From an uncultured virus (IMG/VR IMGVR_UViG_3300027754_000076) (Duplodnaviria > Heunggongvirae > Uroviricota > Caudoviricetes), in the IMG/VR virus record IMGVR_UViG_3300027754_000076: a stretch of 64,000 bases of DNA; one strand, 5' to 3'. Positions 54,946 through 64,000 of this stretch are shown here, one piece after another. Below the pieces are notes generated by a model, which was given only the letters and a program-made list of their open reading frames with translations, ran no database searches and was not told the origin of the DNA. The position numbers and the translations under genes are program-made. Within the stretch, counting starts at the first letter, position 1. Every line of letters begins with the position of its first letter.

Positions 54946-55146
54946 TCACCACAGGGCGGCAGGGCAGGAGCGCTGCTTGCGCCATGGTTGGACGCGCACG
55001 GCGTTGGTCGGGCAACCGCAGGACCGGGAGGGATGGCGGCAGATTTCAGCGGCCAGCCATTCGCAGCCCTGGCAGATTTTCTCGCGTTCGAGCGTGCGGT
55101 CGATCTGCCGGCCCAGGCGGGCGGTGCCGCGGAAGATCAGTTTCAT
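54946..55146 (-). CDS. Small Cys-rich protein
   Basis: R..IC.GC...C......CGC........CP...W; coupled to the 1296-aa gene. Confidence 0.6.
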   Translation of the reverse strand: MKLIFRGTARLGRQIDRTLEREKICQGCEWLAAEICRHPSRSCGCPTNAVRVQPWRKQRSCPAALW

Positions 55147-58100
55147 GCGAGGGGCACGTTGAGGATGATGGCGTCCTGGTCGATGGGCGCGAAATACAGA
55201 GAGGCATTGCTAGCCGTGCAACAGTCGGTGGGGCCGGCCACGTTCTTGGCGATGACGAAGACGCCGGACGGACCGACCGCGGTGTGCAGCGTGCCCGTGG
55301 CGGACACGAAACGGCACGTCGTCACGTCCACGACCTCGGTGGAGTATTTCCAAGCATAGACGCCGCCGTTGACCGTCAGCCAGGCGCCCGCGCTGTTGCA
55401 GGCCGTGCCGTCGGCCAGGAGCACGATGGATGATTTCGGCGTCTCGGTGGTGACGGTGTATTTCGTGAGCAGCTCGCCGTTGGTCGCGAGCATGTCGGAC
55501 CACGCGGGCTGAAAGGCGTTGGCGGCGTTGGCATCGACCAGCGACCAGCGCCATTTCTGATCACGGCGAAAGGCATTCAAATACCACGCACCGCCACCGG
55601 GGCAGACCGTCAGATCGGGTCGGGCGCCGGCGGTGGACTGGCAATAGGTCGCGGCGGAATAGCCCACGTCCGCGCCGGTGGCGACATCGCCCGGTGTGGC
55701 GCTGCCGTAGCCGCGCAGATTGCCGATGGTCGTGCAGGAGAGCGCGGAGCCGTCGGCGGCGTTGTAGCCGTTGAACGTGACCGGCAGGCCCGTGTTGGTC
55801 GTGCCCACGTCGGTCTCGAACTGATACGGCACCATCACCCGGAAACGGGTCAGCAGATTGCAGATGCGCGCGAGCCAGTTGAACTGCTCGGCGGCGCAGA
55901 GGGTGGCGGGCACCACGCCGTAACCGCTCGGGGCATCGGTGCGGGCATCGGCGGCAGGGATGCGCGTGGTGGGCGTGGCCGCGAGCGCGGGCACCCAGGC
56001 GAGGCCGTTGGCATCGAAACAGGCATTCGGCCACGTGTAGTCAAACACGCTCTCGTAGCCCAGCGTGCAGCCCATCTCTTCGGTCGTGCGGCCATCGACG
56101 CAGCCTTCGCACATCAGCCGCAGATAAAGCTCCGCCGTGCTCAGGGCATCAGAGCGCAACGGCGAGTCGGCATCGCTGGGGCTGTTGTTCGTGTCCTCGT
56201 AGGGTTTTTCGAGCAGCTTGACGAAGTAGAACGACGGGTAGCAGGTCGCCGTGGGCTTGTCCGGGTAAGTCTGCACCACGGAGTTCTTCGCCTGGTCGCC
56301 GAGTTTCCATGTGGGCGTGTGGGCGTGCTCGCTGGCGAGGTAGTCGCGGAGGCCATTCTCGTCGGTGCGGTAGGCTTCGGCATCGAGGTTGGCCAGATTC
56401 CACGTGGTGTAATCCGAAGAAATATCCCCGGCAGCCAGAGCGGTCGGCGTGCAGTGAAGCCGGCCCGAAAGCGTGACCTTGACCAGCGTGGTGTTGCCTT
56501 CGCCGGCCACGGTCTCGGTCTTCTCGACTTGGAGGCAGGGCTCGTAAAGGCGGCAGCTTGAATAAAAGTCCGCCGTGGCGGAGGCGTTGGTCGCGTAGCC
56601 TCCGGCCTTGGCGTAGCGGTAGGAGGTCGGCGCTTCCGGGGCGAGCCAGATTTTCTCGCCCTGGGCAAACTGCCAGCGGAGATCCGCGGGCAGTGTGGTG
56701 GCGTTGTAGTCGGGGTAAAACTGGCAGCGCTCGGAAAACGCGAAGTAGTCCGAATATGCGCCCGGCTTCCAGATCGAGGATTCGTTCGCCCGGTAGGCTT
56801 TCAGTTGCAGGCCCATGACCCATTCGCGGGATTCGCCGGTCGGCTCGGCGTTCGCGCGGATGCCGTTGGCCTCATACACCAGCCCGTTGCCGGTGTAGTT
56901 CAGATCGTCGCGCCCGGCGGTGAAGGTGGTGCCGGCGGGATAATACGCGCCCGCATAGCCGACGCCGCCGGTGGTCACTTTGTAGGTGCGACCCCATACC
57001 AGCGAACCGCTCGCGATGGGCGTGAGCGCGGGGCCGAGATCGTCGAAAATATCACCCGCCACCGGCGTGGACAGCGACGGCGGCAGCGTGATGGGCGCGG
57101 ACAGGAACACCTTGGACCCGGCAAAGTTGACCGTGTAGCCGGTGACCGCGGCGAGGCCGGTGAAAGTCTGCCCGTCGGTGTAGGTCACGGCGTTGTAATC
57201 AATCGATGAACTCGCGCCGGCGCCGCCCACGATGTAGATAGTGTCGGCCGAGATTTCGCCGGTGGGCACTTCGTTGCTGGGCGGGGCCGTGCCGCCGCTC
57301 TGATACGCGCCGAGGCCGTAGCCGTAGGCGAAGCGATTGAACCACAGGCACGACTTGCCATTCTCGACGGCGTAGGCGGTGAGCTGGAAACGGTTCAGCA
57401 GGCGCACGCGCTTCGAGAGCTGGCGGGCGGATTCCATCACGGCGTTGGTGTTGATTTCGCCGAGCCCTTCGTAAAGTTGGACCGCATCATCGCGGTTGAT
57501 GATGGCGCCCCACCGGAAATAATTGTCGCCGAGGGTCTTCGCCGATTCTTCGGTCAGACCGCTGCCGTCGGTGCCGTCGGTGGGCACCGTGCGCGCGCCG
57601 GCGAGGCGCAGGACAAGCGTCCAGTCGTGATGTTGCGGCAGATAGTCGAGCAGCTCGGCCAGCTCCACCAGGAGGCCGCCGGAGGCGCTGGTGAGCCGGG
57701 CGCCGCTCTCCACCTTGAACGTCAGCGCGCCGGTGGCGGGGGCATCGAGGACGAGCACGTCCTCGGCATGGCCTCCCGCGTCCGGGGTCAGGGTAACTCT
57801 CCCAACCTCGACCCCGGCCGCGAAAATGACAATGGTCGCCGCTTCGGCGAGCTTCTCCGCCCCGAACAGCACCGCCGGCACGACGAAGCCCGCAGCGACA
57901 TAGTGCGTGGTGGCCCCGGTGGCGCGGTTGTGCAGCGCCTGATTGCCGGGCACGTTGGTGGCCCCGGTGAACTCATACACCGGATACTCCACCGCGACCG
58001 TCTCGGGGTCGGTCTGCACGCCGAGCGCGGGGGCGAGCAGGTATTGCGAGGTAAAGAAACCCTGCGTCCAGAAGCCGACTTTGCGAACGGAGGAGGTGAG

Positions 58101-59033
58101 CCGTTGCGCCTCGGTGCCGCGGAACTGGCTGGCGAAATGATTCAGCACGCGCGCAGGGAATTCCCCGTCGTGCTTCATCAGCCGGGCGCCGCTGGCATAG
58201 GGCCCCTCGATGTAGTAACGGCGATCGAGGTAATCCACCGCGCCGGAATTCAGCACCACCACGAAGGCCCACGGGTAACGATAGACGAAGGCCACGTCGG
58301 TGCTGGGGCCGTAGGGATCGAGGCAGCTTCCGGTGTAGGTCTTGGTGGCGTAACCGGCGGCAATCCCCGCGGCGGTCGCGGTGAAAAAGTAGGCGTAAGA
58401 CCGCGTGCCCACGTTGGTGCTGGTGGCGTCGCCGCACGGGCCGAGGTCTTCCGGCGTGGGCGCATATCCGCCGTAGCTTTTGCCGTGGGGCGAGGTGGCG
58501 GCGGTGACAATGCGGAACTGCGAACGGGCCGCGGTGAAGCTCGGCGAATTAAGCAGGCCCGTGGCGGGGTCGTAACCGCCGCGCTGTTCCTTCGCGAGCT
58601 GCCAGTAATACTGCGCCGTGCCTTTCGCCGCGGTGGTGGCCTGCGGGATGAGCGGCACGCCGCCCGCGCCGGGATCGCTCAGGCGGATGGATTCGCTGTC
58701 GAGATCGGCGGCCTCCACCCCGAAGACAAAGGCGGGCATGATGCTCGCCACGTTGACGCCGGCGGGATCACCGGGGCCGGTCTCCGGCCACGTCGCATCG
58801 GTGGGCGCGATGCTCTGATAGAATTCGAGGAATTCGCCCCGGGCGGGCCAGAGGTAGCCGTCGGGGTTGCGGATCTGCGAGAGGCAGGAATAGAAGTAAT
58901 ACGCGATCCGCCAGGGTTCGCAGAGGCCGGAGGTGAGGCGGGCGTTGATGCCATTCGCCAGAGCGACGAGTTGCGCACTGTCGAAGACCTCGCCCGCCGC
59001 CACGGTGGGCACGCGCGGGAAGGTGATGGCCAC
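55143..59033 (-). CDS. Large virion structural protein (tail/baseplate candidate)
   Basis: 1296 aa with strong GC3 bias; lies between neck genes and tailspikes. Confidence 0.65.
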   Translation of the reverse strand: MAITFPRVPTVAAGEVFDSAQLVALANGINARLTSGLCEPWRIAYYFYSCLSQIRNPDGYLWPARGEFLEFYQSIAPTDATWPETGPGDPAGVNVASIMPAFVFGVEAADLDSESIRLSDPGAGGVPLIPQATTAAKGTAQYYWQLAKEQRGGYDPATGLLNSPSFTAARSQFRIVTAATSPHGKSYGGYAPTPEDLGPCGDATSTNVGTRSYAYFFTATAAGIAAGYATKTYTGSCLDPYGPSTDVAFVYRYPWAFVVVLNSGAVDYLDRRYYIEGPYASGARLMKHDGEFPARVLNHFASQFRGTEAQRLTSSVRKVGFWTQGFFTSQYLLAPALGVQTDPETVAVEYPVYEFTGATNVPGNQALHNRATGATTHYVAAGFVVPAVLFGAEKLAEAATIVIFAAGVEVGRVTLTPDAGGHAEDVLVLDAPATGALTFKVESGARLTSASGGLLVELAELLDYLPQHHDWTLVLRLAGARTVPTDGTDGSGLTEESAKTLGDNYFRWGAIINRDDAVQLYEGLGEINTNAVMESARQLSKRVRLLNRFQLTAYAVENGKSCLWFNRFAYGYGLGAYQSGGTAPPSNEVPTGEISADTIYIVGGAGASSSIDYNAVTYTDGQTFTGLAAVTGYTVNFAGSKVFLSAPITLPPSLSTPVAGDIFDDLGPALTPIASGSLVWGRTYKVTTGGVGYAGAYYPAGTTFTAGRDDLNYTGNGLVYEANGIRANAEPTGESREWVMGLQLKAYRANESSIWKPGAYSDYFAFSERCQFYPDYNATTLPADLRWQFAQGEKIWLAPEAPTSYRYAKAGGYATNASATADFYSSCRLYEPCLQVEKTETVAGEGNTTLVKVTLSGRLHCTPTALAAGDISSDYTTWNLANLDAEAYRTDENGLRDYLASEHAHTPTWKLGDQAKNSVVQTYPDKPTATCYPSFYFVKLLEKPYEDTNNSPSDADSPLRSDALSTAELYLRLMCEGCVDGRTTEEMGCTLGYESVFDYTWPNACFDANGLAWVPALAATPTTRIPAADARTDAPSGYGVVPATLCAAEQFNWLARICNLLTRFRVMVPYQFETDVGTTNTGLPVTFNGYNAADGSALSCTTIGNLRGYGSATPGDVATGADVGYSAATYCQSTAGARPDLTVCPGGGAWYLNAFRRDQKWRWSLVDANAANAFQPAWSDMLATNGELLTKYTVTTETPKSSIVLLADGTACNSAGAWLTVNGGVYAWKYSTEVVDVTTCRFVSATGTLHTAVGPSGVFVIAKNVAGPTDCCTASNASLYFAPIDQDAIILNVPLA

Positions 59034-59037
59034 GGGA

Positions 59038-59424
59038 TCAGAAGCCTTCGACGACGATCACATTGAGGCGCGCCGCGAGGGTGACGGCATAGACTTTGAC
59101 GATCTTGGATGCCTCCACGCGGAACGGGCCGCAGGTTTCGCCACCGAACAGGATCAGCGGATAGGTGGCGCCGTCGTCAAAGGTCACTTTGACGTAATCG
59201 GTGGAGAGCGCGTTCTGATTGCGGAGCAGCACCCAGAACTGGGAGGCGGGAGCCACGGTGCCGACCGGGATGGCGGTCTTCGTGGCGAGGGCGAAGTCAT
59301 AGACATCGCCGACCATGTTATTGCCCGTCGTCATGGTCACGCTGCCCACGCTGGTGGCGTTGGTGACCGAGGAGCCGCCCTTGCTGGCTTCCAGTTTCGC
59401 CGTTACCTTAATCTCGTTTGCCAT
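59038..59424 (-). CDS. Putative virion protein
   Basis: MANEIKVTAKL; beta-rich; preceded by the conserved motif. Confidence 0.65.
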   Translation of the reverse strand: MANEIKVTAKLEASKGGSSVTNATSVGSVTMTTGNNMVGDVYDFALATKTAIPVGTVAPASQFWVLLRNQNALSTDYVKVTFDDGATYPLILFGGETCGPFRVEASKIVKVYAVTLAARLNVIVVEGF

Positions 59425-59443
59425 CTTAACCGATGGCGCGGGC

Positions 59444-59454
59444 GTATAGGGTCG
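59444..59454 (-). promoter_or_regulatory. CGACCCTATAC motif, copy 2
   Basis: Motif edge 20 nt from ATG 59424. Confidence 0.6.
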
Positions 59455-59501
59455 GGCGGGCGGAAGGAATCAGTGATCACTTTCTGACCACTGGCCACTG
59501 A

Positions 59502-60341
59502 TCACTTCTTCCCTACACGCTCTTTGCGGATCAGGGCGCGGATGGTGCGCTCGATGTATTGGGGAAAACTGCGGTGCATGCCGGCGGTCGCCATCTCCAT
59601 GATGCGGAGTTCGGCGCCGGTGGCCTGCAACCAGCCGATGGTGTTGCCGACTTTGACGGCGGGCTTCTCGTTGCCGCCGCTGCGTTGGAAGAGTCCGTGC
59701 CCGTGCTCCTGCCGCAGCCAGCCGGGGAGTTTGCCGCCGAGCGCGAGGTAGGCGCGCGCCCAGCCGCTCTTGGCGTAGCCGATGAATTTCAGTTTTCGTT
59801 TTGTGAAATCCGCGGCCGAGCCGGCGTGCTGCACGAAGAAAGATTTTCCACCCTGCCCGCGCGTGAGCACGCGGCCGCGCCGGTTACGGTTGGCGTCGTG
59901 CAACGGGCGCGTGACCCAGCCGACGGCGCGCTCTTTCCAGTGGCCCCGCTCCAACAGTTGGTTGGCGAGCGTGACATTCCCCTGACGCAACGCCTGGGCG
60001 ATGGCCCGCGAAAGCCGTTTGCCTTTTTCGGTGCCGCCTTCGCTGCGGAACACGCCCGCTTTTTCCCACGCCTTGAACAGCTTTCCGAGATCCTTGCTGA
60101 CCGCATTATTGCCCACGGCGCGCTGCTCGCCCCAGCTCGCGGGCTTCTCGGTGTCGAGCCCCTGGGCGGCGCGGTTCTCCTTGCGCTTGGGATCGAAGGG
60201 CGGCGTGAGCATGATGGCGTTTCGCACCACCACGCGGGCGGCCTGGTCGAGCACGGCGGGCAGCGTCTTCTTCGTCGCCGCGGCGAGCCGGCGGAGATCG
60301 TTCTCAAACTGCGCGCTGTCGAGCCGGGCTTTGAAACTCAT
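59502..60341 (-). CDS. Neck/tail-completion protein (HK97 gp10-like, basic)
   Basis: Arg/Lys-rich, TPP motif, GYAKSGW; follows the head-tail joining gene. Confidence 0.55.
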   Translation of the reverse strand: MSFKARLDSAQFENDLRRLAAATKKTLPAVLDQAARVVVRNAIMLTPPFDPKRKENRAAQGLDTEKPASWGEQRAVGNNAVSKDLGKLFKAWEKAGVFRSEGGTEKGKRLSRAIAQALRQGNVTLANQLLERGHWKERAVGWVTRPLHDANRNRRGRVLTRGQGGKSFFVQHAGSAADFTKRKLKFIGYAKSGWARAYLALGGKLPGWLRQEHGHGLFQRSGGNEKPAVKVGNTIGWLQATGAELRIMEMATAGMHRSFPQYIERTIRALIRKERVGKK

Positions 60342-60353
60342 ATGGGGAGGAGA

Positions 60354-60408
60354 AGTAATCAGTGATCAGTGGTCAGTGATCAGTGGTCAGTGATCAGTGA
60401 TCAGTGAT
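60354..60408. repeat. Tandem heptamer CAGTG[AG]T array
   Basis: About seven tandem units. Confidence 0.85.
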
Positions 60409-60411
60409 CTT

Positions 60412-60729
60412 TTACTGGTTCACGCCTTGGAGGAGAAAGACCCAGCCGCTGCCGTCGCGGTGGAGTTCGGCGATGGTGTAGGTGTGGCCGTCGCAGTAAA
60501 GACGGGTGCCGGTGCGGGGCAGGGTGAGGCCGTCGAACTGGCTGGCGTGCGCCATGAGGGTGGCGTCGATCTGCAGCTCGAAGCCGCCGGCGGCGAGCTT
60601 GGTCCGCTTGCGGTGGGCATCGACCACGCCGGTGTAGAGCGTGGTGGCGCCGTCGAGCTTAAAGGTGCGGCCGGCGACGGCGGCGGCGTGCGCGGTGGCG
60701 GTGTCGCAAAGAGTGTCAAAGGCGTTCAT
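60412..60729 (-). CDS. Head-tail joining protein (gpFII-like)
   Basis: 105 aa, beta-rich, P.TG..L..DG.TYTI, immediately after the capsid gene. Confidence 0.6.
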   Translation of the reverse strand: MNAFDTLCDTATAHAAAVAGRTFKLDGATTLYTGVVDAHRKRTKLAAGGFELQIDATLMAHASQFDGLTLPRTGTRLYCDGHTYTIAELHRDGSGWVFLLQGVNQ

Positions 60730-60805
60730 AGGGAGCGGGGAGCAGAGAGCAGGGAACAGGGAGCGGGGAGCGGGGAGCAGTAAGCAGTGATCAGTAATCA
60801 GATAT

Positions 60806-60844
60806 AAAAAGGCCGCCGAAGGGGGACAAATCCTTCGGCGGCCT
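60806..60844 (-). terminator. Rho-independent terminator after the phage B capsid gene
   Basis: aggccgccgaagg/ccttcggcggcct followed by TTTTT on the minus strand. Confidence 0.75.
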
Positions 60845-60882
60845 GGCCCCGAGGGGCGCGGTGGGTGCGGTGGTGCGGGAGA

Positions 60883-62043
60883 TTAACCGAGGAGTATGGC
60901 GATGTGCTCGGGCTTGACGGCGAGGACACCCCACGCCGCGGCGACTTCATACCGGACCTGCCGGTATTGCGGATACATGGAGATCTCCAGCGAGATGCCC
61001 GAGCGGGCATCGGTGACGACCTGACGGTCCATCGCCATGTCGCCGCTGGAGATGGCGGGCAGACGGGTGGCGAGCACGATGGCGTTGCGGGAGAAGCCCA
61101 CGTTATGCGTGCCCGTCGCGGTGACGGTGATGGCGCGGGTGGCGACGCCCTGGGCCTTGAGCAGGCCGGGCGCGGCGAGGGTGATGGTGTCGCCCGAGGC
61201 CGGATTCGCACCCGCGAACGAGACCGAGGTGACGACATACTTGTTCGTATCGTTGGCGAACGTGATCACGTCACCAGCGGCGACCACGCCGGTGCCGGCG
61301 GTCGCGAGGGGGATGACGGTCTGGCCGACCGTGAAGGCGGCGGAGGTGGACGTGGCGCTCGCCATCGTGCCGCCCGTGAAGCTGGCGACCGCGGCGGATT
61401 CCTTGATGGAGAAGCCGTGAACATTCAGCAGCTCGCCGTCCCGGAGGGTGAGCGTGCTTCCGGATTCGTTGACGTTCGTGAGCTGCGTCAGCGAACGCAG
61501 CGCGGCGCCGGCCGTGGTGTCGATAACCAGTGAACGCGAGCCCATCGGAGCGCCGTTGTCGGTCAGGATCTTCCCGATCTGGGCGGTGAAGGCCAGCTTG
61601 TTGGTGCTGTCAAACGGCGTCGTTCCGGCCGTGCCGTAAGCGCGGGACGCGGCGACGTGGGCCGCGGTCCAGATGTCGGATTCCATCTGGTTGATGATGG
61701 CGCGGATGGCCTGCTCGATCTTGTCGCTGGCCATGTTGCCATACGCGGACCCGAGCGCCTTTTCCTCTTCGCCGGTGAAATAAAAGGAACTGTCCTTGTA
61801 GTTCGAGATGGTCAGCGACTTGCTGGCCATGGTCGCATCGCTCGCGCTGGGCGGATAGGCGCCGGGCGTGATCGTTTCGAGCGAGGCCGCGGGCGCGGCC
61901 CAGGAGTAGAGCGTCTGGCCTTTGGCCACGCGGTCGGCGGTGGCGTCACGGGTGACACCGGGGAGGAAGCCGACGGCCTCGCGAGAGACCAAGTCGAGCC
62001 CCTGCACCACGGTGGGGATGAGGTTTGTGAGTGTATTTGCCAT
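60883..62043 (-). CDS. Major capsid protein, phage B (P22 coat-like)
   Basis: MANTLTNLIP.V...LD.VSRE..G, insertion domain, ..AAWGV.AVKPEHIAILLG. Confidence 0.88.
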   Translation of the reverse strand: MANTLTNLIPTVVQGLDLVSREAVGFLPGVTRDATADRVAKGQTLYSWAAPAASLETITPGAYPPSASDATMASKSLTISNYKDSSFYFTGEEEKALGSAYGNMASDKIEQAIRAIINQMESDIWTAAHVAASRAYGTAGTTPFDSTNKLAFTAQIGKILTDNGAPMGSRSLVIDTTAGAALRSLTQLTNVNESGSTLTLRDGELLNVHGFSIKESAAVASFTGGTMASATSTSAAFTVGQTVIPLATAGTGVVAAGDVITFANDTNKYVVTSVSFAGANPASGDTITLAAPGLLKAQGVATRAITVTATGTHNVGFSRNAIVLATRLPAISSGDMAMDRQVVTDARSGISLEISMYPQYRQVRYEVAAAWGVLAVKPEHIAILLG

Positions 62044-62069
62044 AAGGGGAGCGGATCAGGTTGGGGACG

Positions 62070-62531
62070 TTATTCGGTGAGCCGTCCGTTGCGTTTGCAG
62101 AACGCGAGCTGGTCGGCGGGGGAGAGGGATTTGAACTCGGCGAACGAGAGCACGGCGGCCGCGGCGGGTCCGGCGGGCGGCGCGCCGGCGGGGAGCGGGG
62201 CGATGCCGTGGCCGGCGAGCTGCTCGGCGGCGAGGCGGCTGGTGCGCTCGGTGATCGCCGTGGTGAGATGGGTGGCGTCACCGGCAACCAAGTCGGCATT
62301 CAGCCCGGCTGCGAGCAGCCCGGTTTCCAGCGCGGACAGGCGCGCGGTGACGGTTTGAAGATGTTCCGCGGCGACCGGGTCGGCGGCGACCGCTTCGAGG
62401 GCGTCGCGGAGGAAATTGGGATTGCGCGCTTCGAGCGCGACGGCAAAGGCGGATTCATCGACGCCGGCGGCGGCAAGGGCGGCGAGCGCGAATTGTTCGC
62501 GGGCGGAGGGGCCGAAAGAAAAGAGCTTCAT
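62070..62531 (-). CDS. Scaffold-like protein
   Basis: Ala-rich; C-terminal LSFAEFKSLSPADQLAF motif typical of scaffold tails. Confidence 0.6.
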   Translation of the reverse strand: MKLFSFGPSAREQFALAALAAAGVDESAFAVALEARNPNFLRDALEAVAADPVAAEHLQTVTARLSALETGLLAAGLNADLVAGDATHLTTAITERTSRLAAEQLAGHGIAPLPAGAPPAGPAAAAVLSFAEFKSLSPADQLAFCKRNGRLTE

Positions 62532-62540
62532 TCTTAATGA

Positions 62541-63380
62541 TCAGTTGCGGGCGTATAGGGTCGCGGCTTTTGCGGCCTGAATGCGGGCCAGAAACTCGGC
62601 GCGGCCGGAGACCACGCCATCCACCAGCCCGGCGGTGAGGGCTTCGGCTCCGAGGAAGCCCTGACCTTGCATGGTGTCGCGGGATACCTGCGGGCGGAGG
62701 GCGTTGACATCCTGGGCAAACATTTCGTAGAGCGAGTCCACGCGGCTTTGGATCTGCGCGCGGTCGGTGTCGGAGAGCGGCAGGCCGGCGATGCCCGCGG
62801 CCTTGAACGTGCCGGCCTTCATGAGTTCGAGCTTGAGCCCTTCGTTGGCCCAGGCGCCGGACTCATCGACGAGCGCGCAATAGACACCGATGCTGCCAAG
62901 CTCGGCGCTTGGCGTGCAGGCGATCTGCGAACAGGAGGCCGCGAGCCAGTAGGCGGCGGAGCAGCACATGGAATCGGTGAAGGCGACCACGTGCTTGATC
63001 TGGCCGGCGGCGCGCAACATCGCGGCGGCTTCCGGGATTCCGGTGGTGACGCCGCCGGGACTGTTGAAATCGAGCGCGAGGCATTGCACCGCGGGATCGG
63101 CGAGGGCGGCGGCGACTTGGGCTCCTAGTGTGTCGAGATCGTAACCGCCACACGCCATCTCCATCAGGGAGAGGTGCTGTCCGATGATGCCCCAGACGGG
63201 GATCAGGGCGACGCCGTCGCGGATTTCGTAACCGGGCGCGGCGGGGGCGGATTCGGCGGGGAGATCGGCGCGGGGAGATTCGAGATGCGCCCGCAGGGTG
63301 GCGGTGATGGCGCCGAGCGTCGTGGGGCGGACGGCCCAGATGGAGCCCGCCACGGCGGCAAGGATGTGCGGATAGCGCAT
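62541..63380 (-). CDS. S49/ClpP-like head maturation protease
   Basis: DFNSPGG, CSAAYWLA, GSIGV, AGTFKA. Confidence 0.92.
   Translation of the reverse strand: MRYPHILAAVAGSIWAVRPTTLGAITATLRAHLESPRADLPAESAPAAPGYEIRDGVALIPVWGIIGQHLSLMEMACGGYDLDTLGAQVAAALADPAVQCLALDFNSPGGVTTGIPEAAAMLRAAGQIKHVVAFTDSMCCSAAYWLAASCSQIACTPSAELGSIGVYCALVDESGAWANEGLKLELMKAGTFKAAGIAGLPLSDTDRAQIQSRVDSLYEMFAQDVNALRPQVSRDTMQGQGFLGAEALTAGLVDGVVSGRAEFLARIQAAKAATLYARN
62553..62563 (-). promoter_or_regulatory. CGACCCTATAC motif, copy 3
   Basis: Inside the protease 3' end; motif edge 22 nt from ATG 62531. Confidence 0.55.
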
Positions 63381-63396
63381 ACCCGATGCGCGGTGC

Positions 63397-63407
63397 GTAT
63401 AGGGTCG
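63397..63407 (-). promoter_or_regulatory. CGACCCTATAC motif, copy 4
   Basis: Motif edge 17 nt from ATG 63380. Confidence 0.6.
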
Positions 63408-63445
63408 GGGGAAGGGGGAAGTAATCAGTGATCAGTATTCAGTGA

Positions 63446-63934
63446 TCAGGGGAAGAGGGAGGTGATGGCGGCGTGGAGGTCGGCGAGGGTGCCGGTGTTG
63501 CCGACGGTGTAATCAAGGAAGCCAAAGCCGCGGAGGCAGGCCAGGGCGGCGGCTTCCTCGGGCTCGGCGGGGCGCAGGCCGGGGCGGTGGATCTCGACAA
63601 TCACGCCGCCCAGGGCGCGCCATTGCTTCGCCTCGCGGATTCGCAGCAGGCGGGTGTTGACGCAGCGCGGGGGCAGATTGCCGAAGAAGCGGCGTTCGAC
63701 CTCGTCGTAAAATACGTCGCCGCCGTGGACGAGCAGCGGGCGGATCCGCTCCTTGTCAGGCCGATGCTCGGTGAAGGCGGAGAAGCCGAGCAGCTCGCGG
63801 CATTGGGCGTCAAAGATGCCTTTGATGACATCGCCGAAGCACGCGCGCTGATAGCCGCGGGCGAGCAGGGGTTGCGCGGAGGAATCCTTGCCGCAGCCGG
63901 CGAGGCCGGTGAAGGCGATGCGGGAGGAGGTCAT
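63446..63934 (-). CDS. Deoxynucleoside monophosphate kinase-like P-loop protein
   Basis: IAFTGLAGCGKD, F.D.IK, R.LL...G, GGVIVEIHRP, V.NTGTLADL. Confidence 0.75.
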   Translation of the reverse strand: MTSSRIAFTGLAGCGKDSSAQPLLARGYQRACFGDVIKGIFDAQCRELLGFSAFTEHRPDKERIRPLLVHGGDVFYDEVERRFFGNLPPRCVNTRLLRIREAKQWRALGGVIVEIHRPGLRPAEPEEAAALACLRGFGFLDYTVGNTGTLADLHAAITSLFP

Positions 63935-64000
63935 GGGCGGGAAGAAGTGATCAGTAATCAGTGATCAGAAGGGGATTTGGCCGGGCACGGCGGCGGGCTT

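Noticed and set aside
57477..59066. 529-aa + strand ORF and similar long antisense ORFs in 54-64 kb
   Set aside because: Shadows of GC3-biased minus-strand genes.
1..64000. tRNA, rRNA, integrase or DNA polymerase genes
   Set aside because: None recognised by eye; tRNAscan-SE and HMM searches would be needed to exclude them formally.

Overview
All 64 kb is tailed-phage (Caudoviricetes) DNA, and it most likely joins two different phages. Bases 1-127 recur exactly at 50854-50980, inside a tailspike gene. Joining 50853 back to 1 restores an intact ~937-aa ORF and closes an apparently complete ~50.85-kb podovirus-like genome (phage A). Phage A encodes a major capsid protein, portal, scaffold, terminase, GroES, P22/T7-like tail-hub and ejection proteins, SF2 helicase, SSB, RepA-type AAA helicase, RecT/RecE, a C5 methyltransferase and HU. 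It also carries a five-gene glycosyl/methyltransferase cluster, an RmlD-like reductase, a DfrB (R67 DHFR) homologue and a non-autonomous TnpB IS. Bases 50981-64000 are visibly more GC-rich. They hold the head/neck/tailspike region of a second phage (phage B), with its own capsid protein, S49 protease, a repeated promoter-like motif and heptamer intergenic repeats. The SSB and RmlD-like proteins resemble Verrucomicrobiota proteins (inference). The strongest candidates for new biology are: (i) three tailspike N-termini and their small partner proteins all begin with Sec-type signal peptides and form repeated spike+partner cassettes shared between the two phages; (ii) attC-like cassette boundaries in phage A, which has no integrase, just upstream of dfrB; (iii) a virion-operon glycosylation cluster; (iv) a repeated two-state hairpin element in the early region. 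No database searches or folding computations were run; all family calls come from motif recognition by eye.
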